Shown here: positions 27,256 to 35,665 of the stretch, piece after piece
Numbering within the stretch: position 1 is the first letter of the stretch
Layout: the number at the start of each line of letters is the position of its first letter
Virus record (IMG/VR): IMGVR_UViG_3300005532_000007
Coordinates: 24,173-88,172 of that record
Reading direction: 5' to 3' (one strand)
Length of the DNA stretch: 64,000 nt
Origin: a virus
Position numbers and translations under genes: made by a program
Notes under the pieces: generated by a model
What the model was told of the DNA's origin: nothing
Database searches by the model: none
What the model saw: the letters and a program-made list of their open reading frames with translations, nothing else

Positions 27256-27278
27256 ATTATATGGCCGAGCACTGACAA
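27256..27278 (-). promoter_or_regulatory. RecA-NDp/PafBC-type DNA-damage promoter upstream of tnpB
   Basis: TTGTCAGTG-CTCGGCCA-TATAAT matches tTGTCRgtg-N8-TAnnnT. Confidence 0.7.
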
Positions 27279-27286
27279 TCTCCGTG

Positions 27287-28153
27287 CTACACCGATCGGT
27301 CCATGGCCTGGTACTCGGCAGCTGCGGCGCGCAGAAACGCGGCGGCCTGCGCGCCGACCAACGCCACATCCCAGAACCGATCGAACACCCCGCGGTGGTA
27401 GGCGACGTCCTGCGGGTCGTGCAACAGCACCTCACCACTGAGGACTTCGACGGTGACGAACCGGTCGTCGTACAGCACGAACACGTTCAGGGCCATCAGC
27501 GGCCAGCGCGCGGCGAACGGAACCAGGCCGACCTCCACGCTGGGCGCGCCGGCCTCGGCGAGATCCGCCATGTGCCCGCACTGCCCCGCCATCACGCTCA
27601 GGGGTGCGACGCGGGCGCGGATCGCGGTCTCCGTCATCAAGAACACAAACCGGCGCTCCGGATCGCGCAGCGCGTCCTGCCGGGCCATCTTCGCGTCGAT
27701 CACCTGCCCGAACACCCCCGACGGCACCGTGCCCAACGCCGCGAGCGTCGCCTCCGCGTACGCCCGCGTGTGCAGCAACCCCGTCGGCACCGCCGGCAGG
27801 AAATGCCGCATCACCGCAGCCGAACGCTCCAGGCCCGCGAGCTCAGCCTGCTTGCGGTCCATCCCCCGCTGCCGGCTCGCACGACCCGACCGGTACTCCT
27901 GCGCCGCCGACCGCGCGAGCACCAAGACCCGCGCCGCCATCTCCTCGTCAGCGCCGTACGCCTTCAGCAGCCGCTCGACATCCGAGAGCGACGGCAGTGC
28001 GCGCCCCGTCTCCACCCGGGAGATCTGCGACTGCGACATCAGCGCACGGCGTCCCGCTTCGACCCCCGACAAGCCAGTGGCCCCGCGCAGGTCGCGCAGG
28101 GCCTTGGCGAGGTCGCGACGGGTTGCCGCGGCCGGATCCGGCGGTTCAGGCAT
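27287..28153 (-). CDS. XRE HTH plus DUF5753 regulator (Scr1/WhiJ-like)
   Basis: LRDLR..TGLSG...MSQSQISRVETGRALPS HTH; VPTGLLHTRAYA, RQDAL and FVLYDD motifs. Confidence 0.9.
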   Translation of the reverse strand: MPEPPDPAAATRRDLAKALRDLRGATGLSGVEAGRRALMSQSQISRVETGRALPSLSDVERLLKAYGADEEMAARVLVLARSAAQEYRSGRASRQRGMDRKQAELAGLERSAAVMRHFLPAVPTGLLHTRAYAEATLAALGTVPSGVFGQVIDAKMARQDALRDPERRFVFLMTETAIRARVAPLSVMAGQCGHMADLAEAGAPSVEVGLVPFAARWPLMALNVFVLYDDRFVTVEVLSGEVLLHDPQDVAYHRGVFDRFWDVALVGAQAAAFLRAAAAEYQAMDRSV

Positions 28154-28665
28154 CAGGGCCGGTAGTCGGCGAACGGGATGGAGGCGGCGATCGCGGCGTC
28201 CCTGGCGCGCAGGAACGGCCCAGGGTCTGTGTCGAGCAGTTCCCGGCCGGTCTGCGTGCCGTCCTGCTCATACAGCATCGCGACCACGGCGGTGTCGTCG
28301 AACAGCCAGAAGTCGAAGTTCGGCAGCGCCTCGGGTCTCGTGGTGCGGGAAAGATCGAGGATCCGCACGTCCTCACCCGCCTGCACGCTGTACGGGTAGT
28401 ACCAGCTCGTTTCGAAACGCAGGTACTCGCTCAATGGCGGGGTGAGCACGTGCACCCGGCCGATGCTTTTGCCTGCGGCGCGGGCGGTACGGATCTTGCG
28501 GTGCCAGTCCTCGTTGATTCCCGCGGGGCGTGGGGCACCGGCGCGGAAGGCGGTCAAGGCCTCGGCTTCCTGCGGCACGAGGTACTGGGGCAGTAGTTCG
28601 AGGCGCCACGCGGAGCGCTGGAAGTCCCGGAAATAGGCGGCCCAGGTCTCACCTTCCAAGCGCAC
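28153..28665 (-). CDS. DUF6879-family protein
   Basis: FQRSAWRLE, RVHVLTPPLSEYLRFE, AGEDVRI and DFWLFDD. Confidence 0.85.
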   Translation of the reverse strand: MRLEGETWAAYFRDFQRSAWRLELLPQYLVPQEAEALTAFRAGAPRPAGINEDWHRKIRTARAAGKSIGRVHVLTPPLSEYLRFETSWYYPYSVQAGEDVRILDLSRTTRPEALPNFDFWLFDDTAVVAMLYEQDGTQTGRELLDTDPGPFLRARDAAIAASIPFADYRP

Positions 28666-28873
28666 GCGCGGCCTCCAGCAGGATCTCTCGCGGGATCTCG
28701 ACAATGCCCTCCCCTGTCGGTACCGGGTGGTCGAACACGTAGCCCTGGACAGCGATGCTGCCGGTGGGGGTTTCGTAGACGGTGGGGCAGTCGTCCCCGC
28801 CGCAGGGCGGGTCGTCGTCTCCTGAGGTAGCGGGCGTGGTGGTGCAGGTTCCGGCGAGGCGGGTGAGCTGCAA
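28649..28873 (-). CDS. Small Cys-containing partner of the DUF6879/XRE operon
   Basis: C..DDCPTVYET..GSIAVQGY...GEGIVEIPREILLEAAR. Confidence 0.75.
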   Translation of the reverse strand: MQLTRLAGTCTTTPATSGDDDPPCGGDDCPTVYETPTGSIAVQGYVFDHPVPTGEGIVEIPREILLEAARALGR

Positions 28874-28903
28874 GACGGGCTCCTTCGTCAGTGAGCGCTC
28901 TGA

Positions 28904-28938
28904 TGCTGACGGTATTCAGCGTTCGCTTGGCGCGGCAA
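28904..28938 (-). promoter_or_regulatory. Promoter TTGCCG-N18-TACCGT overlapped by a repressor-type operator
   Basis: TGCTGACGGTATTCAGCG (28904-28921) matches the palindrome TGCTGAA-N4-TTCAGCA of the immunity region. Confidence 0.65.
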
Positions 28939-29034
28939 GCACCCGAGCAGGGTGATTCGCGTTCCCGCATAACCGCGCTGTGGCGAGATGGGATGCTGAG
29001 CCAATGGAAACATCCACTAGCGAAACCGATGCTG

Positions 29035-29586
29035 ATGCCTGAACCGATGCCCACACCCAACGACCACCCGCCGATCCAAGACCTCGTCATCGAGGACATC
29101 GAGAAACGCCGCCGCATCGGCATCCAGACCTACGGCACACCGCTACAGCCGTTCAACGGCCGGCGCAGCCTCGTGGACGCATACGAGGAAGCCCTCGACC
29201 TCGCGATGTACCTGCGTCAGGCGATCTACGAGGCCGAGCACCCGCAGCCGCCACAGCCGTCCGCGACCTGCGGCACGTGCAAAGGTCACGGGTATGTTCC
29301 GGACTGGTCGAACTTCAATCCGGAGTTCGGCGAGCCGAGGCCGAAGCCGTGCCCGACCTGTTCGATCGCTGTCGCGGGCGTCCCGGCTGACCTCGTCGCG
29401 CTGTTCGTCCAGCATGCGGCCTCGGTGGTCTTCGACGAGACGACGCCGGATGACACCCCGATCACTGCGTTGCGCGAGCAGGCGACTGCGCGGGGCCTCG
29501 CCGCGGTCATCCCGCTGATCGAGGCCCGGGCGCTCGATCGGCTGCGACCGTCGGCGGTCGCCGCGACGGGAGCGGAGCGGCCGTGA
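29035..29586 (+). CDS. Phage protein, possible all-alpha NTP pyrophosphohydrolase, fused to a Zn ribbon
   Basis: GIQTYGTPLQPFNGRRSLVDAYEEALDLAMYL; CGTCKG...CPTC. Confidence 0.55.
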   Translation: MPEPMPTPNDHPPIQDLVIEDIEKRRRIGIQTYGTPLQPFNGRRSLVDAYEEALDLAMYLRQAIYEAEHPQPPQPSATCGTCKGHGYVPDWSNFNPEFGEPRPKPCPTCSIAVAGVPADLVALFVQHAASVVFDETTPDDTPITALREQATARGLAAVIPLIEARALDRLRPSAVAATGAERP

Positions 29587-29846
29587 GCGGCGGTATGCCA
29601 GAGTGGGCGCGCACCCCGACGAGCGCCCCGTTCACCCGCGCCGGCTACACCTGCAAGTGGGTGTCCACGCAGTCGCACTATCCGGAATTCCTCGACCCCG
29701 AGGACCCGACGCTGAAAATCGTCGTGTCGGTGCGCGACCGACTGCGGCGCAAACACCTGATCGACTTCGAGCCTGCGGCGTTCTTCCAGATGAGCGACGC
29801 CGTGTTCGCGGCGCAGCTACGTCCGATCGGGAGCGGTGGCGGATGA
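29583..29846 (+). CDS. Hypothetical protein
   Basis: GTGA/ATGA coupling. Confidence 0.5.
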   Translation: MSGGMPEWARTPTSAPFTRAGYTCKWVSTQSHYPEFLDPEDPTLKIVVSVRDRLRRKHLIDFEPAAFFQMSDAVFAAQLRPIGSGGG

Positions 29847-30139
29847 CGAACTTCGTACACACCGACGACTACGACCAGAACCCGGAACGCCAGCTCGAGG
29901 ACATGAAACGCCTCGTCGTGCTCCTCATGAACCGGCTCGGCACAGACCGGATCGAGATCGGCTACGACGAGATCTACGAGTCGCAGCTCCAGCGCGCAGA
30001 GATCGTCATCTGGCCCGACCGGATGACGGACAAGCTGATGGTCGCCGTGCGCACGCCCAGACCGGATGAACCAGTGGACACCGAGACGCTCAACGATGCG
30101 ATCATGGGCGCCGTACGGGAGGCACTCACCGATGGCTGA
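29843..30139 (+). CDS. Hypothetical protein
   Basis: Coupled ORF MTNFVH... Confidence 0.55.
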   Translation: MTNFVHTDDYDQNPERQLEDMKRLVVLLMNRLGTDRIEIGYDEIYESQLQRAEIVIWPDRMTDKLMVAVRTPRPDEPVDTETLNDAIMGAVREALTDG

Positions 30140-30485
30140 GATCCTGCTGCGCTTGCGCGTCCTCGACCACGGCACGAACGAGCGCGCCAAAACCGACAAG
30201 CGCTGGCAGCGTTCGATCGACGTCGAATTCCTGCCTTCGCTCGGCGATCTCATCCAGCTGTGGGGCCGCGAAGACGGTGTTCTGTCTCCGGTGCGCCGGC
30301 GCTGGTGGCGCCCGGACGGCACGCCGTTGCTCGTGCTCGCGCAGCTGAGCGTGGACAGCCCTTATACGACTCCTCCCCCGGATGAACCCGGTCTCGGGCC
30401 GAGGTGGATTCCGTGGTCTTCGGATAAGGGCGATCTCGCGGCGTGGCTGCGCTCGGCCGGCTGGGCGGTGCTCACCGATGCCTGA
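30132..30485 (+). CDS. Hypothetical protein
   Basis: GGAGG RBS; overlapping ORF. Confidence 0.55.
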   Translation: MAEILLRLRVLDHGTNERAKTDKRWQRSIDVEFLPSLGDLIQLWGREDGVLSPVRRRWWRPDGTPLLVLAQLSVDSPYTTPPPDEPGLGPRWIPWSSDKGDLAAWLRSAGWAVLTDA

Positions 30486-31302
30486 GCCGGTCAATAGCCA
30501 CACAATCCTGATCGACGGACCCATGGCCGGGCACTGCTGGCCGATCCCGCCGGAGTGCAAGTACTCGTACGCGATCACCGTCCCGCAACCGCTCAGCATC
30601 GCCGCGTTCGACCCGGAGAAACTCGCCACGGTCACGGACACGCATGCGTACTACCAGCTGCGCACCGTCACCTTCACGGATCAGCTCGGCCTGGAACACG
30701 CGGTCCGGATCGGCTGGAGCAAGGCAGGTCAGCCGAACCAGCAGGATCTTCTCGAGCACGTCCCGACTGGGCTCGCCGAACAGGGCGTCATCCCGTGGGA
30801 ATACGTCCCGCACACGGTCCTCGACCGCATGGCGAAAGTCCCGATCCTCGAATACGGCGACGTCGCCAAGGACTGCGCGATCACCGTCACCAACCCGTAC
30901 ACCTCCTGCGTCGCAGTCCTCGATGCGTGGTGCGGCTGCGGATGGCGCACCGATCGCGTCGCACTGGACCAGCGATCCTGGCTGCTTCGCGCGGCGTACC
31001 GGCATGCGATCGGGCAGGATGCGCGGCAGGAACGCTTCAAGCAGCCGATCCGGGTCGTGTCCGCGGGCAGTGGCGGGCAGCCGGACTGCTATGCCGGGAT
31101 CGCCGAGGACGAGTTCAACGAGTGCGTGTACGGGAAGTGCCGGCGCTGCAGTTGGCAGACCGAGCAGATCGAGTACTACCGCACGGGACCGTTGCAGGCC
31201 CTGTGCCAGGCGCACACGGGTCCTGATGGGGTTCGGCGTGTGCGGGATCAGTTGCTCGCATCGCTCGGGCTGCCGCCGGCCGGGGAGGCGCGGGATGGCT
31301 GA
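30478..31302 (+). CDS. Hypothetical protein with duplicated C.C.W.T Zn motifs
   Basis: WCGCGWRT and CRRCSWQT motifs. Confidence 0.6.
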   Translation: MPEPVNSHTILIDGPMAGHCWPIPPECKYSYAITVPQPLSIAAFDPEKLATVTDTHAYYQLRTVTFTDQLGLEHAVRIGWSKAGQPNQQDLLEHVPTGLAEQGVIPWEYVPHTVLDRMAKVPILEYGDVAKDCAITVTNPYTSCVAVLDAWCGCGWRTDRVALDQRSWLLRAAYRHAIGQDARQERFKQPIRVVSAGSGGQPDCYAGIAEDEFNECVYGKCRRCSWQTEQIEYYRTGPLQALCQAHTGPDGVRRVRDQLLASLGLPPAGEARDG

Positions 31303-31555
31303 CGAGCGTCCGGACGATGCCGCGCTCGCGTGGGCGCGCGACCAGGTCGAGCAGGTCGCCGCGAAATACGACGGGTTCGCAGAACACGAAACCAACCCGA
31401 TCCTCGCGACCGCGTTCCAGCTCACCGCGCGGCTGATGCGCCTCGAGCTCTGCGGCGACCTCGACACCGACCTCGGTAAGCGCGTCATCGGCCGGTTTGA
31501 GCCCGGATTCCGCGACGAGCAGCCCGGTGAGACAACGACGAGTATCGATGCCTGA
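31295..31555 (+). CDS. Hypothetical protein
   Basis: GGAGG RBS; overlapping ORF. Confidence 0.5.
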   Translation: MADERPDDAALAWARDQVEQVAAKYDGFAEHETNPILATAFQLTARLMRLELCGDLDTDLGKRVIGRFEPGFRDEQPGETTTSIDA

Positions 31556-31958
31556 CAACCCGCCGTGGCAGGACGTGCTGGCCGAGTACCAGCGTCTGCT
31601 CGACACGACGCCCCAAGTGCCGCGCGAGATCGCTGCGAGCGACGGTGCGACGGTGGACGCTCTGCTCGCGGGCATTCCCAAATCTGAGCCGGGCGCGCTC
31701 GCCGGCACATTCGGCTCGATCCCGATCGTCATCGACGCGGGCCTGCCACCGGGCCGGGTTGAGCTCCGTGACCGCGACGGCAACGCCACCACCAGGCTGC
31801 GACTGGTGGCCGGGCATTGGTTCGACGAGGACGAACTGGCCGCGGCCGCCGAGTGGGCGCGGCAGATTTCCTTGACGGACAACTTCCGAATCCGCTCGTC
31901 ACTGAGGATTTCCGCAGGTCCGCTCTTTGACGGTCGTTTGCCGCCCCCGGGCGTCTAG
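31548..31958 (+). CDS. Hypothetical protein
   Basis: FGSIPIVIDAGLPPGRVELRD motif. Confidence 0.55.
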   Translation: MPDNPPWQDVLAEYQRLLDTTPQVPREIAASDGATVDALLAGIPKSEPGALAGTFGSIPIVIDAGLPPGRVELRDRDGNATTRLRLVAGHWFDEDELAAAAEWARQISLTDNFRIRSSLRISAGPLFDGRLPPPGV

Positions 31959-31967
31959 GGTCGAGGC

Positions 31968-32426
31968 GTGGACGATGCGCAACAAGGCCGCTGGGTCGAC
32001 GAGCCGCCCTTACGCGAACTCGCCACTCCCCCGCCCCACCTGATCCAGACCCACGGCGCGCAACTCGTGCGCATCTACACAATCGACGACCCAGACCCGC
32101 GCAGACACGAGGGATACACCGAAGCCCTGTTCCTCGCCTGGGCGCCGATCCCCAACAGCAGGGACTGGGCGGTGCTCGCCGCGTGGCTCTCCGCCTGGCA
32201 GGACGGTGTCCGCACCACCGGGAAGGGACGCTACGGCTGGCTGCGGATCGTGATGCCGGCTGATATCGAGAGCGGCCGGGTGCGGGCAGTGAAGCCGTTT
32301 GTGATGGATGAGGATGAATGGCATGGCCACCATCCTTTGGCGGAGTTCTCGATTGCGGTGCGTGCAGCTGTGGCGAGCCTGCCGGAGGGTCTGCGGGAGC
32401 GTGCGGTCAGGCCGCGCGAGACGTGA
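31968..32426 (+). CDS. Hypothetical protein
   Basis: GAGG RBS; ordered composition. Confidence 0.55.
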   Translation: MDDAQQGRWVDEPPLRELATPPPHLIQTHGAQLVRIYTIDDPDPRRHEGYTEALFLAWAPIPNSRDWAVLAAWLSAWQDGVRTTGKGRYGWLRIVMPADIESGRVRAVKPFVMDEDEWHGHHPLAEFSIAVRAAVASLPEGLRERAVRPRET

Positions 32427-32616
32427 CGCCGCGGCGGCGCTGGTTGCGTTCCCGGACGGTGCGCAGCGCGGCCATGGGCAGCGCGGCGGCGAGCGTGCCG
32501 ACCGTGAGCAGCGCGGCCAGCGCGTATCCGATTGCGGCGATCCCGAGTGTGAGCAGCCAGAAGAACAAGCCGCCGCTGACTGTGGTACGGCGTGTGGTGC
32601 GCGCGTGCACGCGCAT
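32407..32616 (-). CDS. Small membrane protein
   Basis: GGAGG RBS; long hydrophobic stretch. Confidence 0.5.
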   Translation of the reverse strand: MRVHARTTRRTTVSGGLFFWLLTLGIAAIGYALAALLTVGTLAAALPMAALRTVRERNQRRRGVTSRAA

Positions 32617-33078
32617 CGTGGTTTCCCTCCCCTGCGGCGCTTTGCCGCTACAGCACACAATACCCGCGGTCGCCGACTGCCATGCTGGGAGGGTGTTCTC
32701 CTTTGGTCCTTTCTCGCCGCTGCAATCGGCCATACGGGCGCAACAGGCGCAGATCGATGCGCACACCAAGCGGCACGATGACGAGCTACTCGGATTGCCG
32801 CCGCGCGGCCCGGAGTTTGGCCGTGCGCCGAGCCATGAGCCGTCGTTTCTACGCCCGGTGGAGGGGCTGCGCCCGTCGCGCGTTCCGAAGTGGCTGATCC
32901 GCTGGCGGTGGGGGCGCTATCGTGTGCGCAGGGTCGGCCGCCAGCAATAGGAACCATCTTCGCGGGCCGACCCGAGGAACCCCATCTCAAAGAGAGGGGG
33001 ACGCAAAGGGAAGGGAGCCAGACCCTTGAGTCTGGCGGGCTCCGCTAAGCCCCGAGAGGCGGTCCCTGTCCCCCGACG

Positions 33079-33528
33079 ATGCAGGGCGTGCCTCCGATGC
33101 CGTGGCAGTGGCGGCGGGAGCAGGTGGCCCGGCGGGTGCCCTGGCCGACCATGGCCAGGGCATCACGCTTTAAGGTGTCAGGCATGGACAAAATCGAGGT
33201 CGCATTCAGCGTGAAGCCAGGTGACTGGATCTGGGATGACCTCGACGTGCGCGCGGCACGGATCAGCGAAGAGCTCGCGGCGCTACAGCGCACCACCTAT
33301 CCGTGGCTGACCGGGACCTGCGTGTGGAACAGCATCGACGGCGCTGACGATGCCGTCGCCAGGACGCCGGGAAACATGGTCGTCAGCGCGGACCTGCATG
33401 ATGATCAGCCGGTCACTGAGGTGCTGACCAGGGTGACGCGGGGGATGTGCCCGGGATTCGAGTTCGAATCGATCACGGCGTCAGTGGTCCACTACGAGGA
33501 CGACGAGGGCTTTGAGTTGAGTGTTTAG
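33079..33528 (+). CDS. Hypothetical protein (true start possibly 33184)
   Basis: Isolated + strand ORF converging on the tRNA-like element. Confidence 0.5.
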   Translation: MQGVPPMPWQWRREQVARRVPWPTMARASRFKVSGMDKIEVAFSVKPGDWIWDDLDVRAARISEELAALQRTTYPWLTGTCVWNSIDGADDAVARTPGNMVVSADLHDDQPVTEVLTRVTRGMCPGFEFESITASVVHYEDDEGFELSV

Positions 33529-33655
33529 TGCCGGGAGCCGGATTTGAACCGGCCTCAAACCACCTGATCGGGCCCGTTCCCCTGCGCGGAGCACGGGGCG
33601 CGGCCCGGGCTGCTCGGCCTACCGCGTGAGCGGGTACCACCTGGCATATCCCGGC
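33529..33655 (-). ncRNA. 127-nt tRNA-like RNA with canonical acceptor/T arm/D-loop and an expanded anticodon-variable region
   Basis: GCCGGGA/TCCCGGC 7-bp acceptor plus A73; GCCGG-TTCAAAT-CCGGC T arm; U8, A14, G15, G18, G19, A21 in register. Confidence 0.7.
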
Positions 33656-33664
33656 AGATCGAGG

Positions 33665-34045
33665 CTAGTCGCCGTCCGCGTCCGAACCGGGCGCCTCGTT
33701 GACGAACGGTCCGTCATGACGCTCGACGATCAACGTGAGCTGCGGGCCCACAGTCGGCATCGGCTCGTTGGCTGGCCAATTCGTTGACCCGCGCTGCGAA
33801 AACATCCACGACCGTTCGATCACCTTGTATCCGTCGCCGAACAACACGAGGTCGCCGACCTGCGGCGGGTGCATCGACCAGATGTCCATCAGGCTGCTGT
33901 GGTACTTGCCGGTGTCGACGGGTTCGTACCGGTAGAGCGGCGCGCCGTCGGCTCCGAGCACGGGGTCGCCGTCGACCGTCACAGGCGTGCGGACGTAAAA
34001 GGACAGGTTGACGAGGTGGCGCTGCGGGTGCTGTTCCATGGTCAC
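33665..34045 (-). CDS. Hypothetical protein (last gene of the leftward early region)
   Basis: PPQVGDLV...YKVIERSW motif. Confidence 0.6.
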   Translation of the reverse strand: MTMEQHPQRHLVNLSFYVRTPVTVDGDPVLGADGAPLYRYEPVDTGKYHSSLMDIWSMHPPQVGDLVLFGDGYKVIERSWMFSQRGSTNWPANEPMPTVGPQLTLIVERHDGPFVNEAPGSDADGD

Positions 34046-34416
34046 GCTTCCTTAATCGCAGTGAACGTCTCGCACGGCCACGCCTCCGGGTTCGCTTCCC
34101 ACCCATCGACCGGATGCGCGCACTCCGCCCAGCCCATCACGCCCTGAACCGGATGATGGACCTTCAACACGGCGAGCGCCGGCGCGTTCCCAGCCAGCCG
34201 CTCGCACACCGCCTTCCAGTCGGCTTGGGCCTGCGCGAGCTGGTCGGCGCGTTCCTGCTCGCGTTTCCGATTCGCCTCGGCGCGTTGCGCGGGTGTCATC
34301 GCGGCCTGACGGCGTTCGGATTCCCGCATCGCCTCGGCGTCGGCAAGGTCGTCCTCGCTCACCTGGACGTGCATCGGGAAGCGACGCGCCTGCAACGGCT
34401 GCTCGGGGCCGACCAT
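34042..34416 (-). CDS. Hypothetical protein
   Basis: VLKVHHP...EC...WPCETF motif common in actinophage small proteins. Confidence 0.6.
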   Translation of the reverse strand: MVGPEQPLQARRFPMHVQVSEDDLADAEAMRESERRQAAMTPAQRAEANRKREQERADQLAQAQADWKAVCERLAGNAPALAVLKVHHPVQGVMGWAECAHPVDGWEANPEAWPCETFTAIKEA

Positions 34417-34712
34417 CAGCAGCACACCTCGCCGGGCGTCGTGTGCGCGCCGATGCAGCCGGGAAGACCGCACCGGTACGGGCCGCGTGCGATCTCCTCG
34501 TCGCGCGGGATCCGTGACGCGGGCGGCTGCATCTCGTTGACCATGGTTACGCGCTCCGCTGGGATCGTCACCGTGACCGTCGGCGTCTTGTCTAACGCGG
34601 GCGCGGGCACGACGATCCCCGCCGTGTACCAAGGGAACGGCTGCCCGTCGATCGTGATCTGCGGCGCTCCGTGCTTGTCCTGGTCGACGCGGATCTCCTT
34701 CGCGAACTCCAC
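34416..34712 (-). CDS. Hypothetical protein
   Basis: ITIDGQPFPWYT...VTVTIPAERV. Confidence 0.55.
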   Translation of the reverse strand: MEFAKEIRVDQDKHGAPQITIDGQPFPWYTAGIVVPAPALDKTPTVTVTIPAERVTMVNEMQPPASRIPRDEEIARGPYRCGLPGCIGAHTTPGEVCC

Positions 34713-34713
34713 G

Positions 34714-34908
34714 TCAGCTCTCCACTTCGCGGTCGACCTGAACACTGCCGTCGACCGGCAGTCCGGCGGCGCGGCGTTTCGCGTGGCCCGCGTCGATCGC
34801 GTCCGCGAGCAGCGGCACACGGCGCGCCCACGCGGGCAGTACCAGCGGATGCACGAACGGGTCCGTCGTGCCATACAGGAGCTCCGCCGTCACGGGTTCG
34901 CTGGCCAT
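34714..34908 (-). CDS. Hypothetical protein
   Basis: Short ORF MASEPVT... within the operon. Confidence 0.4.
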   Translation of the reverse strand: MASEPVTAELLYGTTDPFVHPLVLPAWARRVPLLADAIDAGHAKRRAAGLPVDGSVQVDREVES

Positions 34909-35417
34909 TCCCGCTCCGCTGTCGTCAATTGCACGCCGCTGCCGCTGTGACCCGCGTCGAACCAGCCCGCGCCCAGCACGTCGCACTCGTTGTCCGTCCA
35001 CGACCGCGACTGCCCGTCCGGCTGCGTCGAATGATGGCGCTTCTCTGGCCCGTGCGGCGGCAACTCGCACCGGGTGCGGTAAGCCGTCGCGCTCAGCGAC
35101 GCGCCACACGTACCGGCCGGCGTCCATATCTGCCCGAGTGTCTCCGGCAGCCGCGTGAGCTTCTCGCCGCGTTCCCGCACCGCCTGACCCACCGCAGTCA
35201 GCAACCGGCCGAGCGGATGCGTGCCGACATGCTCCGACACCGCCTGCTCCACGACCGGCTCGGTGCCGCTGGTCTCCCAGTCGCACTCGTGGCACTGCGC
35301 CCGGAACCAGCCGGGTGAGCGCACGGAGTCGGTGTCCTCGAACACGAACACGCGGTCGGCTTCGGCACGAAACAGGTGGTCGATCTGGTGCGCGGTGTAC
35401 TGGTCCGGGGTCATCAC
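34890..35417 (-). CDS. Cys/His-containing hypothetical protein
   Basis: AQCHECDWET and RCELPPHG..HH motifs. Confidence 0.55.
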   Translation of the reverse strand: MMTPDQYTAHQIDHLFRAEADRVFVFEDTDSVRSPGWFRAQCHECDWETSGTEPVVEQAVSEHVGTHPLGRLLTAVGQAVRERGEKLTRLPETLGQIWTPAGTCGASLSATAYRTRCELPPHGPEKRHHSTQPDGQSRSWTDNECDVLGAGWFDAGHSGSGVQLTTAEREWPANP

Positions 35418-35620
35418 GAACCCAGCGTATCCATCGTGACCGTCTTGGCCTCGGTCTTCGGGCAGCGCGTACACGCCCGGATCCGCTGCACGAGATCAAC
35501 GCCACGCCATGTGAACCGGCGCGGGTCCGACCACGGCCCGAACCGGTGACCGAGCAGCCGGCACATCAGCCGCGCGGCGTGCACGCGGCGGTCGCCCCAT
35601 AGGTCGGCACGTAGATTCAC
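35414..35620 (-). CDS. Small hypothetical protein
   Basis: LMCRLLGHRF...CTRC motif. Confidence 0.55.
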   Translation of the reverse strand: MNLRADLWGDRRVHAARLMCRLLGHRFGPWSDPRRFTWRGVDLVQRIRACTRCPKTEAKTVTMDTLGS

Positions 35621-35665
35621 GATCAGGTTCCCCCTTGTCGGGCCGGGTGCAACTGAACCGCGGGT

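Noticed and set aside
25999-27286. Autonomous IS605/IS607 element
   Set aside because: No tnpA (Y1 or serine) and no recognisable left-end hairpin
27235-27438. N-terminal extension of the 473-aa TnpB ORF
   Set aside because: Overlaps the XRE gene and the promoter; family similarity starts at the GTG at 27234
32680-33060. Possible short ORFs and a hairpin (GGAGCCAGAC...GTCTGGC)
   Set aside because: No convincing RBS, motif or coding signal; cannot support a call
33529-33655. Standard tRNA, tRNA-Sec or tmRNA
   Set aside because: No canonical anticodon arm (no U33, broken D stem), 7-bp acceptor, no G3-U70 pair, too short for tmRNA
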